This document shows, one piece after another, positions 1 to 13,128 of a stretch of 64,000 bases of DNA. The translations under genes were made by a program, and so were the position numbers. Source of the DNA: Eledone cirrhosa. Lineage: Eukaryota. The stretch is taken from contig OZ024754.1 in assembly GCA_964016885.1 (NCBI GenBank), forward strand, positions 10,788,001-10,852,000, written 5' to 3'. The notes beneath the pieces are model-generated. The model was not told the DNA's origin. It saw nothing but the letters and a program-made list of their open reading frames with translations, and made no database searches. The first letter of the stretch is position 1; each line of letters opens with the position of its first letter.

Positions 1-369
1 ATCATACAGGCAACTTTATTTTGACTGTTCCAAACAACTAATTAGTTGCTCAAAATGGTAAAAATCACAATGTTCAAATGCCATGACATATAGAATTCTT
101 ATTACCATTTCCTATAACCTGAAGAGAACAGTGAGATTTCTGCAGCCCATAATACTGTGCAGATATAAATATGTCTGGATTGGATGTGAATATATACATG
201 TGTTGATATATATATGTATGTGTGTATGTGTGCGTGTGTGAGCATGTGTGTGTATGTGTGTATGTGTGTGTGAATATGTATGTGTTTATGTGTGTGTGTG
301 TGTGTAATGTTTATGTGTTTGTGTGTGTGTCTTTATGCGTGTGTGCATATTTGTTTGTGTGTGTGCTTG

Positions 370-700
370 ACAATCTTCCTGTTCTGCAAGGGGGGGGGGG
401 TAGATCCCTCATCTGTGATGCCACATGTTGTGACACCTCAAGGAACAACATGGTGTGTTTGGACTACCAGCCCAAGCTTCACTCTCACCAGGCCAAAGAA
501 GGCAAACTGTCGGAATATCGGTTAGTTGAGCCTGTGGCAGTGGAGACTTCCGGCATTCTTTGCCCCCGGATCACATCCCTACTCACTACTATCAGAGCAG
601 AGTTGGCTATCTGCAAGTGTGAGCCCTGTGAGATGGAGTGACTCTTCAAGTATGTCTCCCTCACCATCTTTTAAAGCAATTTCTTCTTCATCCTGTCTGC
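370..700 (+). mobile_element. Decayed RLE-type (CRE/NeSL-like) non-LTR retrotransposon endonuclease fragment; related pieces at 14265-14460 and 30765-30985
   Basis: GRSLI(W/C)DATCCDT and PVAVETSG motifs recur across the fragments. Confidence 0.6.
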
Positions 701-1168
701 TAGGACCAAGAAGAAAACAGACCCTTAAATTTCATATATAGTGGTGGCATGTGGGATAAAGTTCTCTCACTTTGTTAGGTTATGTTTCAAACTGCTTAAT
801 AAAGATTTTAATTTCTTTTTTCACCATCCTGATAAGAATAAAAAGAAAGAAGAGAGTTAAATAGCCACAAAGGGTTTTCATTGTATCCCACATTTTACAG
901 TTGAGGCAGTAGTAATAGTGGTTTCTGATTTAGGCACAAAGCTAACAATTTTGGGGGAGGGAAAGTCAATTAAATCTTCCCAGTACATTACTGGTACTTT
1001 ATTTTTTAGACCCAGTAAGGATAAAAGGCAAAGCTAACCTCAGCAGGATTTGAACTTAGAATGTAAAGAGACAGAACAAATACTACAACCACATTTTATC
1101 CAACACTATAACAATTCTGCCAAGAGTATTAATGGTAAAAGTATAGATAGGATAGCTCTGACAACTTA

Positions 1169-1336
1169 CCGTATTTCCTGGCGCCCAAGATGCTTCGTCC
1201 TGGAGGATGCACCCTAATTTTGACAAGCAAAAATTTGAAAAAAAATAATAAACAACTTTCGGCCTCCAGGATGCATGGTGGATTTTTGAGACTTATTTTA
1301 GGAAAAGAGTAGAATCTTTGACGCCAGGAAATACGG
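1169..1336. mobile_element. Tc1/mariner-pogo-type MITE
   Basis: TIRs CCGTATTTCCTGGCG / CGCCAGGAAATACGG with TA target duplications. Confidence 0.85.
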
Positions 1337-1884
1337 TAGCTATTTGTATGTTAATAACATTTTAATACTATCATCATCATCATCAACTAAAATAAAAAAA
1401 AAATTGTTATGAAGGATAGAAATATTTCAGATCAAGGTAAAAAATTATTTGTAAATAAATAGAAATATAATTTACTATGTTAACAGTAAATGTATATTTT
1501 ACATATAATCTAAGTTACCAAAGTATATACTGTTTGTAATATAATTTTTATAATTTTCTTTTTGCTTTCCCCAACCCAAACTCCAAATGTTTCCAGGATT
1601 TCTATAAAATTAGTCAGCAACCTTGAAAATCAGCTTCTCAAACAAGATATTTCATCTAATATGGCTTCACTCAAACATTTTGTAGGTTTAATTGTATCAG
1701 TATTCTCTTACGGGAACATATTCTTAAAATAAACTTGCACATGAAAATTAAAATTAATTTACTGAATTCCATATCAGTTTTATTGATTATTTTCTTTTTT
1801 TTTAGATTGACATTTTACAAATATATATATATATATATATCATCATCATCATCTTCGTTTATTGTCCATTTTCCCCGCTAGCAT

Positions 1885-1926
<42 letters not shown>

Positions 1927-2176
1927 ATATATATATACATATATATACATATATCATCATCATCACCGTTTTACATCCATTCTTCCACGCTAGCATGGGT
2001 TAGACGGGTTGTCCTATTGTGGGCAATGCCAAGTCAGGTGATCTTGTCTTGCTCATACGGGAACTGATTTTGGCTTGATTTCTACAGCTGGATGCCCTTC
2101 CTAACACCGACCTCATTTACAGTGAGTGCTGAGTGCTTTCTTTCCGTGACACCTCCACGACCACTTTGCAGTGAGA

Positions 2177-2735
2177 GGGTCACAATCCTGTGTCATCACC
2201 TTTGAGAGGTGTAATTGGGTAAGGTCAGCTTTTATCACCTCATCCCAGGTCTTCTTTGGGTTCCCCACTCCATGGCTTCCATCGACTTTTAGTGTTCTGC
2301 ACCTTTTTATGCAGCTGTCATCCTTCATATGCATCACATGTCCATACCAATGCAACCTCCTCTCCTGCACACACCATTTGATTCCTCTTATGCTCAGTCT
2401 TTCTCTCATTTCGTTTATGCTTTGCCATTCACGTATATTACTATTACACATCCATCGGAGCATGCAAGCTTCGTTTCTTTCTAATCTCTGCAAGTCTTCT
2501 ACAGACAGCGCCCAGGTCTCACTACCATGTAACATTGCTGTTTGTATGCACGCATCATACAGTCTGCCTTTCCTTTTGAGGGAAAAGCCTTTTGCAGCTA
2601 GCAGTGGTAGTAGCTCCCTGAACTTCTTCCATCCCGTTCTTACCTTGGTTACTGTACTTTCAGAACACCCACTTCCACTGCTAATTCAGGTCACCTAGGT
2701 AGCAAAAGCTGTCTACTGTTTCTACAGAGCCCTCC
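2177..2735 (-). mobile_element. RTE-clade LINE 3' fragment
   Basis: FCYLGD, MLHGSETWA, MLRWMC, RRLHWYGHV, PKKTW. Confidence 0.88.
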
Positions 2736-2923
2736 CAGAGTTTGGGTATATATATATATATATAAATGCAAGAAGCAAAGAAAATTTCAATGATATGAAA
2801 TATTTCCTGGTGGAAGTTCAGGTGTACTCCGGGTTGGTTTCTAGTTTCAGGGTGAAAATCCAACGAATTTTGAGAGGTCCATGTAAGTGTTGATATATAT
2901 ATCATCATTCATCATCATCATTT

Positions 2924-2956
2924 CGTTTTGGACGCTAGCCCTTCATCAGAAGAAAG
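2924..2956 (-). ncRNA. Degenerate, truncated hammerhead remnant
   Basis: CTGATGA-A-GGGC-TAGC-GTCC-AAAAC (GAAA decayed to AAAA); 3' half missing. Confidence 0.35.
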
Positions 2957-4377
2957 AATGAGAAATAAAATAGATTGAGGGGATAAGCGGGTAGGATTGG
3001 AAAAAATGTAACCTAATATATCCCTTTCATATACTGTACCACTTCTGATGATAATCACCAACATCATATTTTATATATATTTCTATATTTAGAAATATTT
3101 TTTTCTTTTTTACTCATTTACTGGTTTCTCTCATTAGACTGCAGCCATTTTCAGTGTTTTAATCTATCCCATAAACTCCACCTACTAAATTCTTAATTAT
3201 TTTCAACATTAACTGAAACACATTCAATGTATTTCATGAGAAATATGGTAATGAAAGAGTTAATGCCTGGAGTATTAAAAAAAAGCTAACAACTCTTGCA
3301 GTATACACAGCTGTTGATAGATCTGTGTAATGAGAACTACGAAGGCTGGTCAGCTGAAATCACATTAATAATACATTCTTGAAAAAAGTACAAGACTGAT
3401 CTCTAAGACTCCATCACATTAAAAAAATTAAAAAATTAATGAATTGATTGTGTACAGTTCTCAGGTGCACTACAACTCATCAAAGGTGCATGTATAGTAC
3501 ATAGAATAATGTACAAATGTCAGGAAAGTGAAGAGTGTATGAGTTATGATATACATGTGTGCGTGTGTATAGTGGGGGAATGTCAGGTGTAGTGTTGGCG
3601 AATTTCAGGAAGCATGGAGGTTTTAAAGGATACAGTGTCTCAGCAGCTAACAACTGAAACATGTAGTTTGTTCCATACTTCAGCAACTCTGAGAATGAAA
3701 AAATGTTTCCGAAAGTCATTTAAAGTAAAATATTTACTCTTATACTGCAAATTTCCATAATGAACTGTCCATTAGTAAAGATACTCTGTAGATGGCAAAC
3801 TGGTAGAGTGGTTAGATCATCAGATAGAATGCTTTGCAGTTTTTGTTCCAGTTTTCTGCACTCTGAGTTCAAACTCTATTGAGATCAACTTTACTTTTCA
3901 TCCTTTAGAGGACAATAAAAGAAGTACGAGTCCAGTTGAGTACTGAGATCGATTCTTTCTCTATATCTCTTTCTCATTTCTTATTTATCACTCTCTTCTT
4001 GTCCAGAAGAAATTGGCATCCAGCTGTAAAAAGCTTACCAAACAAGGAGTCAGAAAGACCCTTCAGTTTGTGTCAAAAGACAACTTCTCCTCTCCACTCA
4101 AAATGACTGTACGTAAGTGGGATACAGATCCCTTGGCTTGTCTAGGAGGTCAGTAGTCCTGCTTCAGTACTGATTTGATCTATGTAAACCTGTCCAACCC
4201 TTGCAAGTAGGGAAAGCTGATTTTAAATGATGATAATGATGATGATAATGCCATATGCCAGTCGCTACAGTGCCTCTACGAGTCAACCAGAAGTTACAAG
4301 TCCATACATACATTCTAAAACTTCTGTCTTGTAACTGAGGGAGTCATAGGGGCACCATATTTCAAGGGCATTTTTAA

Positions 4378-4596
4378 CCCTTTAGCATTTAAACTGGCCG
4401 TATCTGGCCAGAATTCTCTCACCTCTTTCTTCTCAAACTGGCTGTAACTGGCCACTAATAGTGATGTTAAGGCATTGTTCTCAAAATGAATAACATCTAA
4501 ATCTCATAGATTCAATATTATGAGATAATTATGTGAGGTAAAGCCTTTGCTACGAAAATATAATAGTAAATATAGAGTAATGTAAATGCTTATGGG
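4378..4596. mobile_element. piggyBac-like MITE; further copies at 22903-23123, 33184-33404, 40715-40925, 51661-51923
   Basis: TIR CCCTTTAGCATTT / AAATGCTAAAGGG, TTAA target duplications, shared body of about 220 bp. Confidence 0.85.
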
Positions 4597-5496
4597 TTAA
4601 GCCTGGTGGAGCCCATCCTTCTTCCCATCTGAATACAGCAGATTTCTTCCAGAGAAAGATAGAGAGTGAGAGAAGGGAAGTGAAAAAAGATATAGAAGAA
4701 GAATCAACCCCAGTACTAGACTGGTACTTTTTTTATTGACCTCGAAAGGGTGAAAGACAAAGTTGACCTCAGCGAGATTTGAAGTAAGAGAGCAGAGAGT
4801 CAGAATGAATACTGTAAAGTATTCTATCCAATGATTTAATGATTCTGCCAATTCATCACTATATACATATAAAGAAAAGATACTATAACCATTTGGATTA
4901 ACAAGCCTGTCTTTTAGATATTTTCTAATAAACCATTACTGGATGTTAAGAATTTAAAAAAATTCTCTGGTCCAAACTTGTTTTGATTTTATTTGCCTTA
5001 ATCTTCATTGTTATTTTTTCAAGTGGTTCTGACCTCGTCTGGGGAAAACATTCTACTGTTTCTGCCAACTCTCTTGGTCTCAATTCTAATAAAATATTAA
5101 TAAGAAAATTCTAGATGGAATTTGGCAATGATGGAGGAATTTATAAATTAAACTCACTCTAAATAGGTTTCTAAGAAAGTGAATGAAAGTTTATTTATTT
5201 TTCTTTAGTTTTTCTATTTAAATTATATTTAAACATTCATACAAAACATTTCATTCCAGAATATATGACCTATTTTTGGCTTTAAAAAAATTGTACATTC
5301 CTATAAATGTTATTACCATTTATATATGCTTTGTTTTGAAAAGATCTCTATCCTTTTTAAAGGATTAGAAAAAAAAGCAAAATGGAGAACTGTGGTGATA
5401 AGCTGGAGGCATAACCCAAACATTTTTGAAGGAAACCAGAGAAAAATGAATATTCTTCTTTGTATTATGAGATTTTTGACAAGATTAACAGCTTCT

Positions 5497-5790
5497 CATC
5501 ATCATCATCACCACCACCATCACTATCATCACCATAACCACCTCCAACACCATAACCCCCCCCACCACCACCATCACTGCCACTACCATTACCATAACCA
5601 CCACTACCATTACCATAACCACCACCAACACCACCACTGCTATTATCATCACAAGTGCCATTGCATTTGCCAACAGTTCCACTACCATCAGCACCACCAC
5701 CATCACCACCACCATCACCACCACCACCACCACCATCACCACCACCACCACCACCACCACCACCACCACCACCATCACCACCACCATCAC
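5497..5790. repeat. (CAC/CAT)n microsatellite
   Basis: Direct reading. Confidence 0.95.
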
Positions 5791-5794
5791 CAAC

Positions 5795-6085
5795 CTCAAA
5801 CTATGACACACTGCCCAGGCTTTGCTCTTCCTCTTCACTACATCCTCCTCTGTGTTCCTAATCCTTGCTCCCAGATACAGGAAGTCCTCAACCAACTCTA
5901 GCAGCTTCCCGCCTACATTCATAATCTTCTCTGGCTCTTTGATGTTCTCCACTAGATACTTTGTCTTACCCTTATTCATTCTCAGCCCCACACTCATCAA
6001 CACAGTTTCACCTCTCGCATCAACTCCTCTGCCTCCTTCACTGGGTTTGCCGCCAAAGCTATGTCATCAGCAAATTCAGCATCTT
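5795..6085 (-). mobile_element. RTE-like LINE RT fragment (possibly the same family as 17245-17501)
   Basis: FADD, VGLRMNKGKTKY, VEDFLYLGA. Confidence 0.75.
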
Positions 6086-6522
6086 TTATCTTTTTAGCCT
6101 TAACTCTACTACTCTAAGCCAGTGCTACAGTAAAGCCAGAGTCCCGGTGTTTCTCCAGTGCAAGGTGCTTACAATAGTCCACTGCAATGATGAAAAGCTA
6201 GGGAGCCACGAAATAAAGCTTACTTCAGTTGTTTTGATTCATTGATATGCTCTGGGCTGAAATTTGCATACTTACAGCACCTTATTGGTCAAATTTAGCT
6301 TCACCACTCCAGCAACAAGCCTATTGAATTCCCTAATGGTGCCATTGTCTCAGATTTGGCTTTAACTTTTGCTGGAATCAGGTCAGTCAGTTTGGATTGT
6401 TTTCAGTAGCAACAATAACCGAGGAGCCTTGAGAAAACAATACCAAATTTCAATGGATTGAAACAACAGAAGTAAGCTTTATTTCATATTTATGTTTTTC
6501 TATTTTTTCTATTCAAATTCTA

Positions 6523-6581
6523 GCTGTCTGATGAGGTCATAGCCGTTGCATAACATTTATCACTGAAATATATATAACAGC
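6523..6581 (+). ncRNA. Minimal type I hammerhead ribozyme motif
   Basis: GCTGT/ACAGC stem I (extends ATTC/GAAT), CTGATGA, GGTCATA/TATCACT stem II, GAAA, palindromic TATATA, UA. Confidence 0.72.
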
Positions 6582-6686
6582 GAATATGAATGAACCAAGT
6601 TAATTTAAACCTGCTGACTTGTAATTCATATTCGAGTTCTCAAGATGAAAGATGAAAAATTATGAAGAAAAAGAAGAAGAAATAGC

Positions 6687-6858
6687 TGATGATGATGGTG
6701 ATGATGATGGAGATGATGATGATGATGGTGGTGATGACAATGATGATGATCATGATCATGACGATGATGATGACGGCGATGATGACGATAATTATGATGA
6801 TGATGATAATGACGATCATGATAGCGATGATGATGGCAATGATGATGATGATGAAAGC

Positions 6859-6911
<53 letters not shown>
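6687..6911. repeat. (GAT)n microsatellite
   Basis: Direct reading. Confidence 0.95.
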
Positions 6912-7122
6912 CTGTGGTAGCAGTTATAATGAGCATTGACTAAAAGCCAAGACTTCTTAGCAGGAAGAAGCAGGAAAGAATGAAAGTAATTTGGAGAAAT
7001 CTGACTTGACCTTTTTACAGCTGACCTTTCCCTAAACTTCTATTAAGCTTCTCTCATCCTTTAGTGATGGTGTCTGATAGATAGATATATAGATAGATAT
7101 ATAGAGAGAGACTGAGCATAAG

Positions 7123-7645
7123 AAGAGGAGGAGGTTGCGTTGGTATGGACATGTGATGCGTATGAAGGATGACAGCTGCATAAAAAGGTGCAGAGCACTA
7201 GAAGTCGATGGAAGCCGCGGAGTGGGGAGACCCAAGAAGACCTGGGATGAGGTGATAAAGGCCAACCTTACCCAATTACACCTCTCAAAGGCAATGACTC
7301 ACGACCGTGACCTCTGGCATTACGCAGTAATACAGAAGACCTGACCCCCCATGGGTACAAGCCGAAGCTGAAGCATATAGACAATATGCCCCCACACCCT
7401 CCCACTGAGAAGTGGTCATGGAGGTGCCACGGCAAAAAAGCACCCACCCACACTGTAAAGTGGATGTGTAGCACCCAGCACTCACTGTAAATGAGGTTGG
7501 TGTTAGGAAGGGCATCCAGCTGTAGAAATCAAGCCAGAATCAGTTCCCGTATGAGCAAGACATGGTCAGCCGACCGGGCGGCCCACAACAGGACAACCCG
7601 TCTAACCCATGCTAGCGTAGAAAGGTTATGATGTTGATGATGATG
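7123..7645 (+). mobile_element. RTE LINE 3' end followed by a SINE with RTE-like tail and (GAT)n
   Basis: [14 protein letters not shown]...GRPKKTW; then the TAGGAAGGGCATCCAGCTGTAGAAA...AACCCATGCTAGC family tail. Confidence 0.75.
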
Positions 7646-7664
7646 ATAGATGGATGGATGGATA

Positions 7665-8535
7665 GAGTGTTGGACACCTTGTTTCATGACATTGAGTTAC
7701 GGCCCTTTACGATCTGGGTTCAAATCCTGCCGAGGTTAGCTTTGCCTTTTATTCTTACAGGGTTGATAAGATAAAGTACCAGTAATGTACTGGGGGTTGA
7801 TTTAATCAACTTTCCCCTCCCCCCTAAATTGCTGGCCTTGTGCCTAAATCAGAAACCAATATCATTATTATCATTTATTAGGGCAGGGGATTGGCAGTAT
7901 CGGTAGAGGGTCAGACACCATGCTTTGCAGCATAGAGTTACGGCCCTTTACGTTCTGAGTTCAAATCCTGACGAAGTTAACTTTCCCTTTCATCCTTAAG
8001 GGATTGATAAAATAAAGTACCAGTAACGTACTGGGGTCAATTTAATCAATTTTCCCCTCCCCTAAATTGCTGGCCCTGTGCCAAAAGTAGAAACCATTAT
8101 TATTTATTAGGGTGGTGGATTGGCAGAATCGGTAGAGCATCAGACAACATGCTTTGCAGCATAGAGTTATGACTCTTTACGTTCTGAGTTCAAATCCTGT
8201 CGAAGTTAACTTACAGGGTCGATAAAATAGAGTACCAGTAATGCACTGGGGTAATTACTGGCCTTGTGCCAAAAGTAGAAACAATTATTATTATTTATAT
8301 GGTAGTTTATAACGGCGGTGGATTGGCAGAATCCGTAGAGGGTCGGATGCCATGCTTTGCCGCATAGAGTTACGGCCCTTTATGATCTGAGTTCAAATCC
8401 CGCCGAGGTTAACTGTGCCTTTCATCCTTACGGGGTCGATAAAATAAAGTACCAGTCACGCACTGGGGTCAATTTCATCGACTTTTTCCTCCCCCCCCCA
8501 AATTGCTGGCCTTGTGCCTATATAAGAAACCATTA
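7665..8535 (+). mobile_element. Head-to-tail array of four tRNA-derived SINEs (dominant family; more than 15 copies in the window, e.g. 12745-12932, 17548-17770, 29200-29385, 29625-29835, 54236-54425)
   Basis: A-box-like TGGCAGTATCGGTAGAG, B-box GAGTTCAAATCC, central GCCTTTCATCCTTACGGGGTCGATAAAATAAAGTACC (Meta-SINE-like), (ATT)n tail. Confidence 0.85.
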
Positions 8536-8539
8536 TTTA

Positions 8540-9530
8540 TATGGTAGTGAGACATGGGCAGCAACTGCAGAGGATATGGCGACGGCTGGAGAGAAATGAG
8601 GCAAGCATGCTCCGTTGGGTGTGCAATGTCAATGTGTGTGAACGACCGAGCATAGATGAATTGAGAGAGAAACTGTGTTTAAGAGGGATAAGTTGTGGTG
8701 TGCAGGAGAGGAGACTGCGATGGTATGGACATGTTGTGATGCACATGGAGGATGACCGATGGGTGAAGAAGTGCCAAGAAATGCCAGTTGAAGGAAAACG
8801 TTAGACAGTAGAAGTCGCATTGATGGGCAGCAACTGCAGAGGATATGTGACGGCTGGAGAGAAATGAGGCAAGCATGCTCCGTTGGATGTGCAATGTCAA
8901 TGTGTGTGAACGACCGAGCATAGATGAATTGAGAGAGAAACTGTGTTTAAGAGGGATAAGTTGTGGTGTGCAGGAGAGGAGACTGCGATGGTATGGACAT
9001 GTTGTGATGCACATGGAGGATGACCGATGGGTGAAGAAGTGCCAAGAAATGCCAGTTGAAGGAAAACGTTAGACAGTAGAAGTCGCATTGATGGGCAGCA
9101 ACTGCAGAGGATATGTGACGGCTGGAGAGAAATGAGGCAAGCATGCTCCGTTGGATGTGCAATGTCAATGTGCGTGAACGACCCAGCATGAATGTGTTGA
9201 GAGAGAAACTGTGTCTGAGAGGGATAGAATGTAGTGTGCGAGAGAGGAGACTGAGGTGGTATAGACATGTTGTGATGCACATGGAGGATGACCGATGGGT
9301 GAAGAAGTGCCAAGAAATGCCAGTTGAAGGAAAACGTAGTAGAAGAAGACCATGAAAATCATGGGTGGAGGTGGTGAGAACAGACCTCAGATCGCTGAAG
9401 CTCACGGTGGAGATGACAAAGGACTGTGACAAGTGGAGAGATGTTGTGCTGAATAGGACCCATCCCACCCTTGCAAGTAGGGAAAAGTAGACGTAAAATG
9501 ATGATGATGATGATGATGATGATAATGATG
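8540..9530 (+). mobile_element. RTE LINE 3' fragment with an internal 268-bp tandem triplication and (GAT)n tail
   Basis: MLRW(M/V)CNVNV block at 8607, 8875 and 9143. Confidence 0.9.
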
Positions 9531-9817
9531 ATATAGTGTAGTTAGTAAGTTAAATACTACTGTGACTTGGTAGGGAGTGGGTGTAGAAACAATGTAGTTG
9601 AGTCACTGTTGACTGCATCTTTACATGGGTTTCTGTTGTGGGGGGAGGGCTGAGGGAGGAGGAGAGAGAGAGATAGAGAGAGGGGAGAGAGTGAGGGCTG
9701 AGGGAGGGAGAGAGAGAAGGAGAGAAACAGAGTGAGGGCTGAGAGAGAGAGTAAGCTAAATGACAGCAACACTACTAGTGTAATGGGGTATTTTTAGTTG
9801 GAAAGTAGGATTGGTGT

Positions 9818-9820
<3 letters not shown>

Positions 9821-9883
<63 letters not shown>
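9821..9883. repeat. (GA)n microsatellite within a GA-rich tract (9640-9975)
   Basis: Direct reading. Confidence 0.95.
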
Positions 9884-9888
<5 letters not shown>

Positions 9889-10261
9889 GACAGAAACAGA
9901 CAGAGAGAGAAAGAGAGAGAGAAAGAGAGATGCAGAAACAGACACAGACATAGACAGAGAGAGAGAGAGAGAGGGGGGGCACTATTAGTAGTAGCACATC
10001 TGTTTCAACTGTTTTACTTTACTGTAAATAACTATCAAAAGCTAATTTGTTTACCCTACACAACACCAAGTGAAATCAATAACCCTTAAATTGTTTTAAA
10101 GCTTTTTGTTTTTTTATGTTATTAGAGAAGAGCTGCAAGTTTGCAAATCTCTCATTTTGCTGGATGGTTACTTACCTAACCTAGAACTATTTTATTATAG
10201 TAAATCTTCTTATCAATGAATTTACTCTTTCATAACCCCTAGTTGCTTGCTGCTAGTACTT

Positions 10262-10452
10262 CAACAGGCCACACCATCAATGGAGAGCACTATGCCAACT
10301 TGCTGAGGAAGTTACAAAAGACTATCAAGACCAAACGCACAGGAAAACTGACGAAAAGGGTCATGTTTCATCAGAGCAGGGCTCCAGCACACAAGTCCTT
10401 TGTTTCAATGACTGCTGTAGGTGACTGTGGTTTTAAACAGGTTGATCAGTAA
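10262..10452 (+). mobile_element. Mariner transposase fragment
   Basis: GHTINGEHYANLLRKL...KRTGKLTKRVMFHQSRAPAHKS resembles the mariner catalytic-domain HDNA region. Confidence 0.8.
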
Positions 10453-10769
10453 CCCTATTCTCTTTTTTCGTGGTACCATCGCTACCACCTTAGAGGGTTG
10501 GCTATGGTGCACATTTTGTCATAACACTAGCATTGCCATCTTACAGGGAAGAGTAAGTACTTTTTGTCATGGAACCAGCACTACCACCTTACAGAGTGGA
10601 CTAGGTGCTTTTTGTCCTCGCACCAGCACTGTTACCTTACAGAGTGGACTGTGTGCTTTTTGTCCTGTCACCAGTACTACCACCTTACAGAGTGGACTGT
10701 GTGCTTTTTGTCCTCGCACCAGCATCACTGCTGTTTATAATAATAATAATAATAAGAAGAATAATAATA

Positions 10770-11430
10770 ATGAAATTATTGTGTACAGTGCTCAGGTGCA
10801 CTATAACTCATCAAAGGTGCATGTATAGTACATAGAATAATATACAAATGTCAGGGAAGTGAATAGTGTATGAGTCATGATATATGCAGGTGTGCGTGTG
10901 TATGGAGGGGGAATATTAGGTGTAGTGTTGGCGAATCTCAGGAAGCATGGAGGTTTTAAGGGATGCAGTGTCTCGACAGCTAACAACTGATGCAGGGAGT
11001 TTGTTCCATGCTTCAACAACTCTGAGTGTGAAAAAATGTTTCTGAAAGTCATGGGAGCTGTGCTGTTTTCTGACTTTGTTGGCATGCCCACATGTGTTAG
11101 ACACATGGAAATCAAAAAGGTACTCAGGATTGTTGTTGGCAAATGGTTAATAATTTTCTGAGTGTTTACCAAGTCAGTTGCCAGATATCGGAGCTTCAAT
11201 GTATCCATGCCCAGGGAAGTAAGGCGTTCAGTGTATGGTAGATGCCTGATGGAGGGTATTCGCTTGGTTGCACGTCTCTGAACAGTTTCCAGGCGGTCAA
11301 TGTTCTGAGCAAGATAGGGGTTCCAGACTGGTGATGCAAATTCTAAGTGTGGCCGCACCACAGCTATATACAGCTTTAAATATATAGCCGGTGAGCGGCT
11401 GACAAAGGTCTTGCTGAGTGATGCTAAGAC
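10770..11430 (-). mobile_element. CR1/L2-type LINE 3' fragment; tail pieces also at 3445-3720, 29860-30150, 47115-47185
   Basis: LYIAVVRPHLEFASPVWNPY...LETVQRRATKRIP, FFTLRVVEAWNKLP, (ATT)n tail. Confidence 0.88.
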
Positions 11431-12364
11431 AAAGAGATACCAATTCTCCTTTCCTCCCCCATCCATATTTGGGATTCAATATCGAGAAAGAGACGAAAAT
11501 CTCTAAAAATGCTGAGGTAAGAGATACGAAAAGGAATGATTTAGAATTCTCTGTTACTGGAATTATATTGGCTTGAAAATTATTTCAAATTAAATTTCAT
11601 TGCCTTCTATATAAGATATATTCTGCATGTTTGCTTGTATTTCTCCCTCTCTGTCATTGTTTTTTTTTGTTTTTTTTTATGCAGAATTGCCCAGTTTTCA
11701 CAGGTTTTTTTTTTTTTTTTTTTTTCAAAACGGAAATGACCTTTGGGTGAATGTTAACAAATGTCAACTTCAATACAAGTTGATATAGACTAAAGACGAA
11801 AGTAAATGCAATTTCATTTCATGTTTTACATTTGAATTACTAAATTTCAATTTTATTTTTCAGAGGTCACTTCTAGCTATCAGGTTTTAGTTGTTGTTGT
11901 TGTTGTTTTAAATGACTCCTGAACTTGGCACTTTGACTCGTCTACAAAAGGGGAGACAACTGTATTAATGTATCCTTAATTTTAAACTTTGACATTAGAA
12001 TTTGCAGTTACAATCAACATTCAACATACAATTTGCACCCCTCTCATTTAGGCCAACAAAGAAAGTGAAGCACACTGTACAATATATCAGACACCATCCA
12101 TTTACTTCAAATCCACCTCCATGACTCAGCACATTCTCCTCAATGGTGGGATGTTTGTATCCCCAACTCCAACAAGTACTATATAGCATGCACCCCTTCT
12201 CATTTACACTCCCTGACCCCTTAGCCAAGTACTGGAGTTAATTCTTCTCTCTCTACACGATCACTTTACTGTGTGGGCTACACACACATATACACATATA
12301 TATATATCGTCTTCATCATCGTTTAACGTCCATCTTCTACGCTAGCATGGATTAGACGGTACAC

Positions 12365-12420
<56 letters not shown>

Positions 12421-12430
12421 ATATGTGTAT

Positions 12431-12718
12431 GTAAGTATTTCCGTAGAAAAAGTAAAGGTGAGAAGAGTGCTCTATGTATTGTACAGAGCTATTTAATTAC
12501 ATAATAAACAACACAATATAATTATTCCATTACCCTAGGTTTCACGAAGTTAGACGATTCTAATAGAAACGTCTAGTGCGTTCATCAGATGAAATATCTA
12601 GATATTTCATAGATATTTCATCTGACGAACGAACTCGACGTTTCTGTTAGAATCGTCTAACTTCGTGAAACCTTGGGTAATAGAATAATTATATTGTGTA
12701 TATTGTGTTGTTTATTAT
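12431..12718 (-). mobile_element. Fold-back element with hammerhead motifs on both strands (12523-12596 minus; 12614-12687 plus)
   Basis: About 100-bp imperfect inverted arms centred near 12600. Motif CTGAYGA-ACG...CGT-GAAA-CCTWGGG-TA with TATTTCAT stem I; flanked by (TA)n. Confidence 0.75.
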
Positions 12719-12931
12719 ATATATATATATATATATAATAATAATTGTTTCTACTTTTGGCACAAGGCCATCAATTATCCCAGTGCATTACTGGTACTTT
12801 ATTTTATCGACCCCGTAAGGATGAAAGGCAAAGTCAACCTCGGCGGGATTTGAACTCAGATCGTAAAGGGACGTAACTATGCTGGAAAGCATGGTGTCTG
12901 ACCCTCCACCGATACTGCCAATCCACCGCCC

Positions 12932-12985
<54 letters not shown>

Positions 12986-13128
12986 TATATTATACTGATA
13001 TATACACTATATATAATTATAAACAGGAAAGGTCAGTAATTCATTACTACCTTATTACCAGTAAGAAAAATAGCTCAATGTAAATACATGAGATGTTTTA
13101 CAGAGCCGGAATATAAATTTATATATAT

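Noticed and set aside
5326-6943. His-, Pro-, Asp- and Met-rich ORFs
   Set aside because: Produced by (CAC)n and (GAT)n microsatellites.
7665-8535. tRNA-like A/B boxes
   Set aside because: These are heads of multi-copy SINEs; no complete cloverleaf is present.
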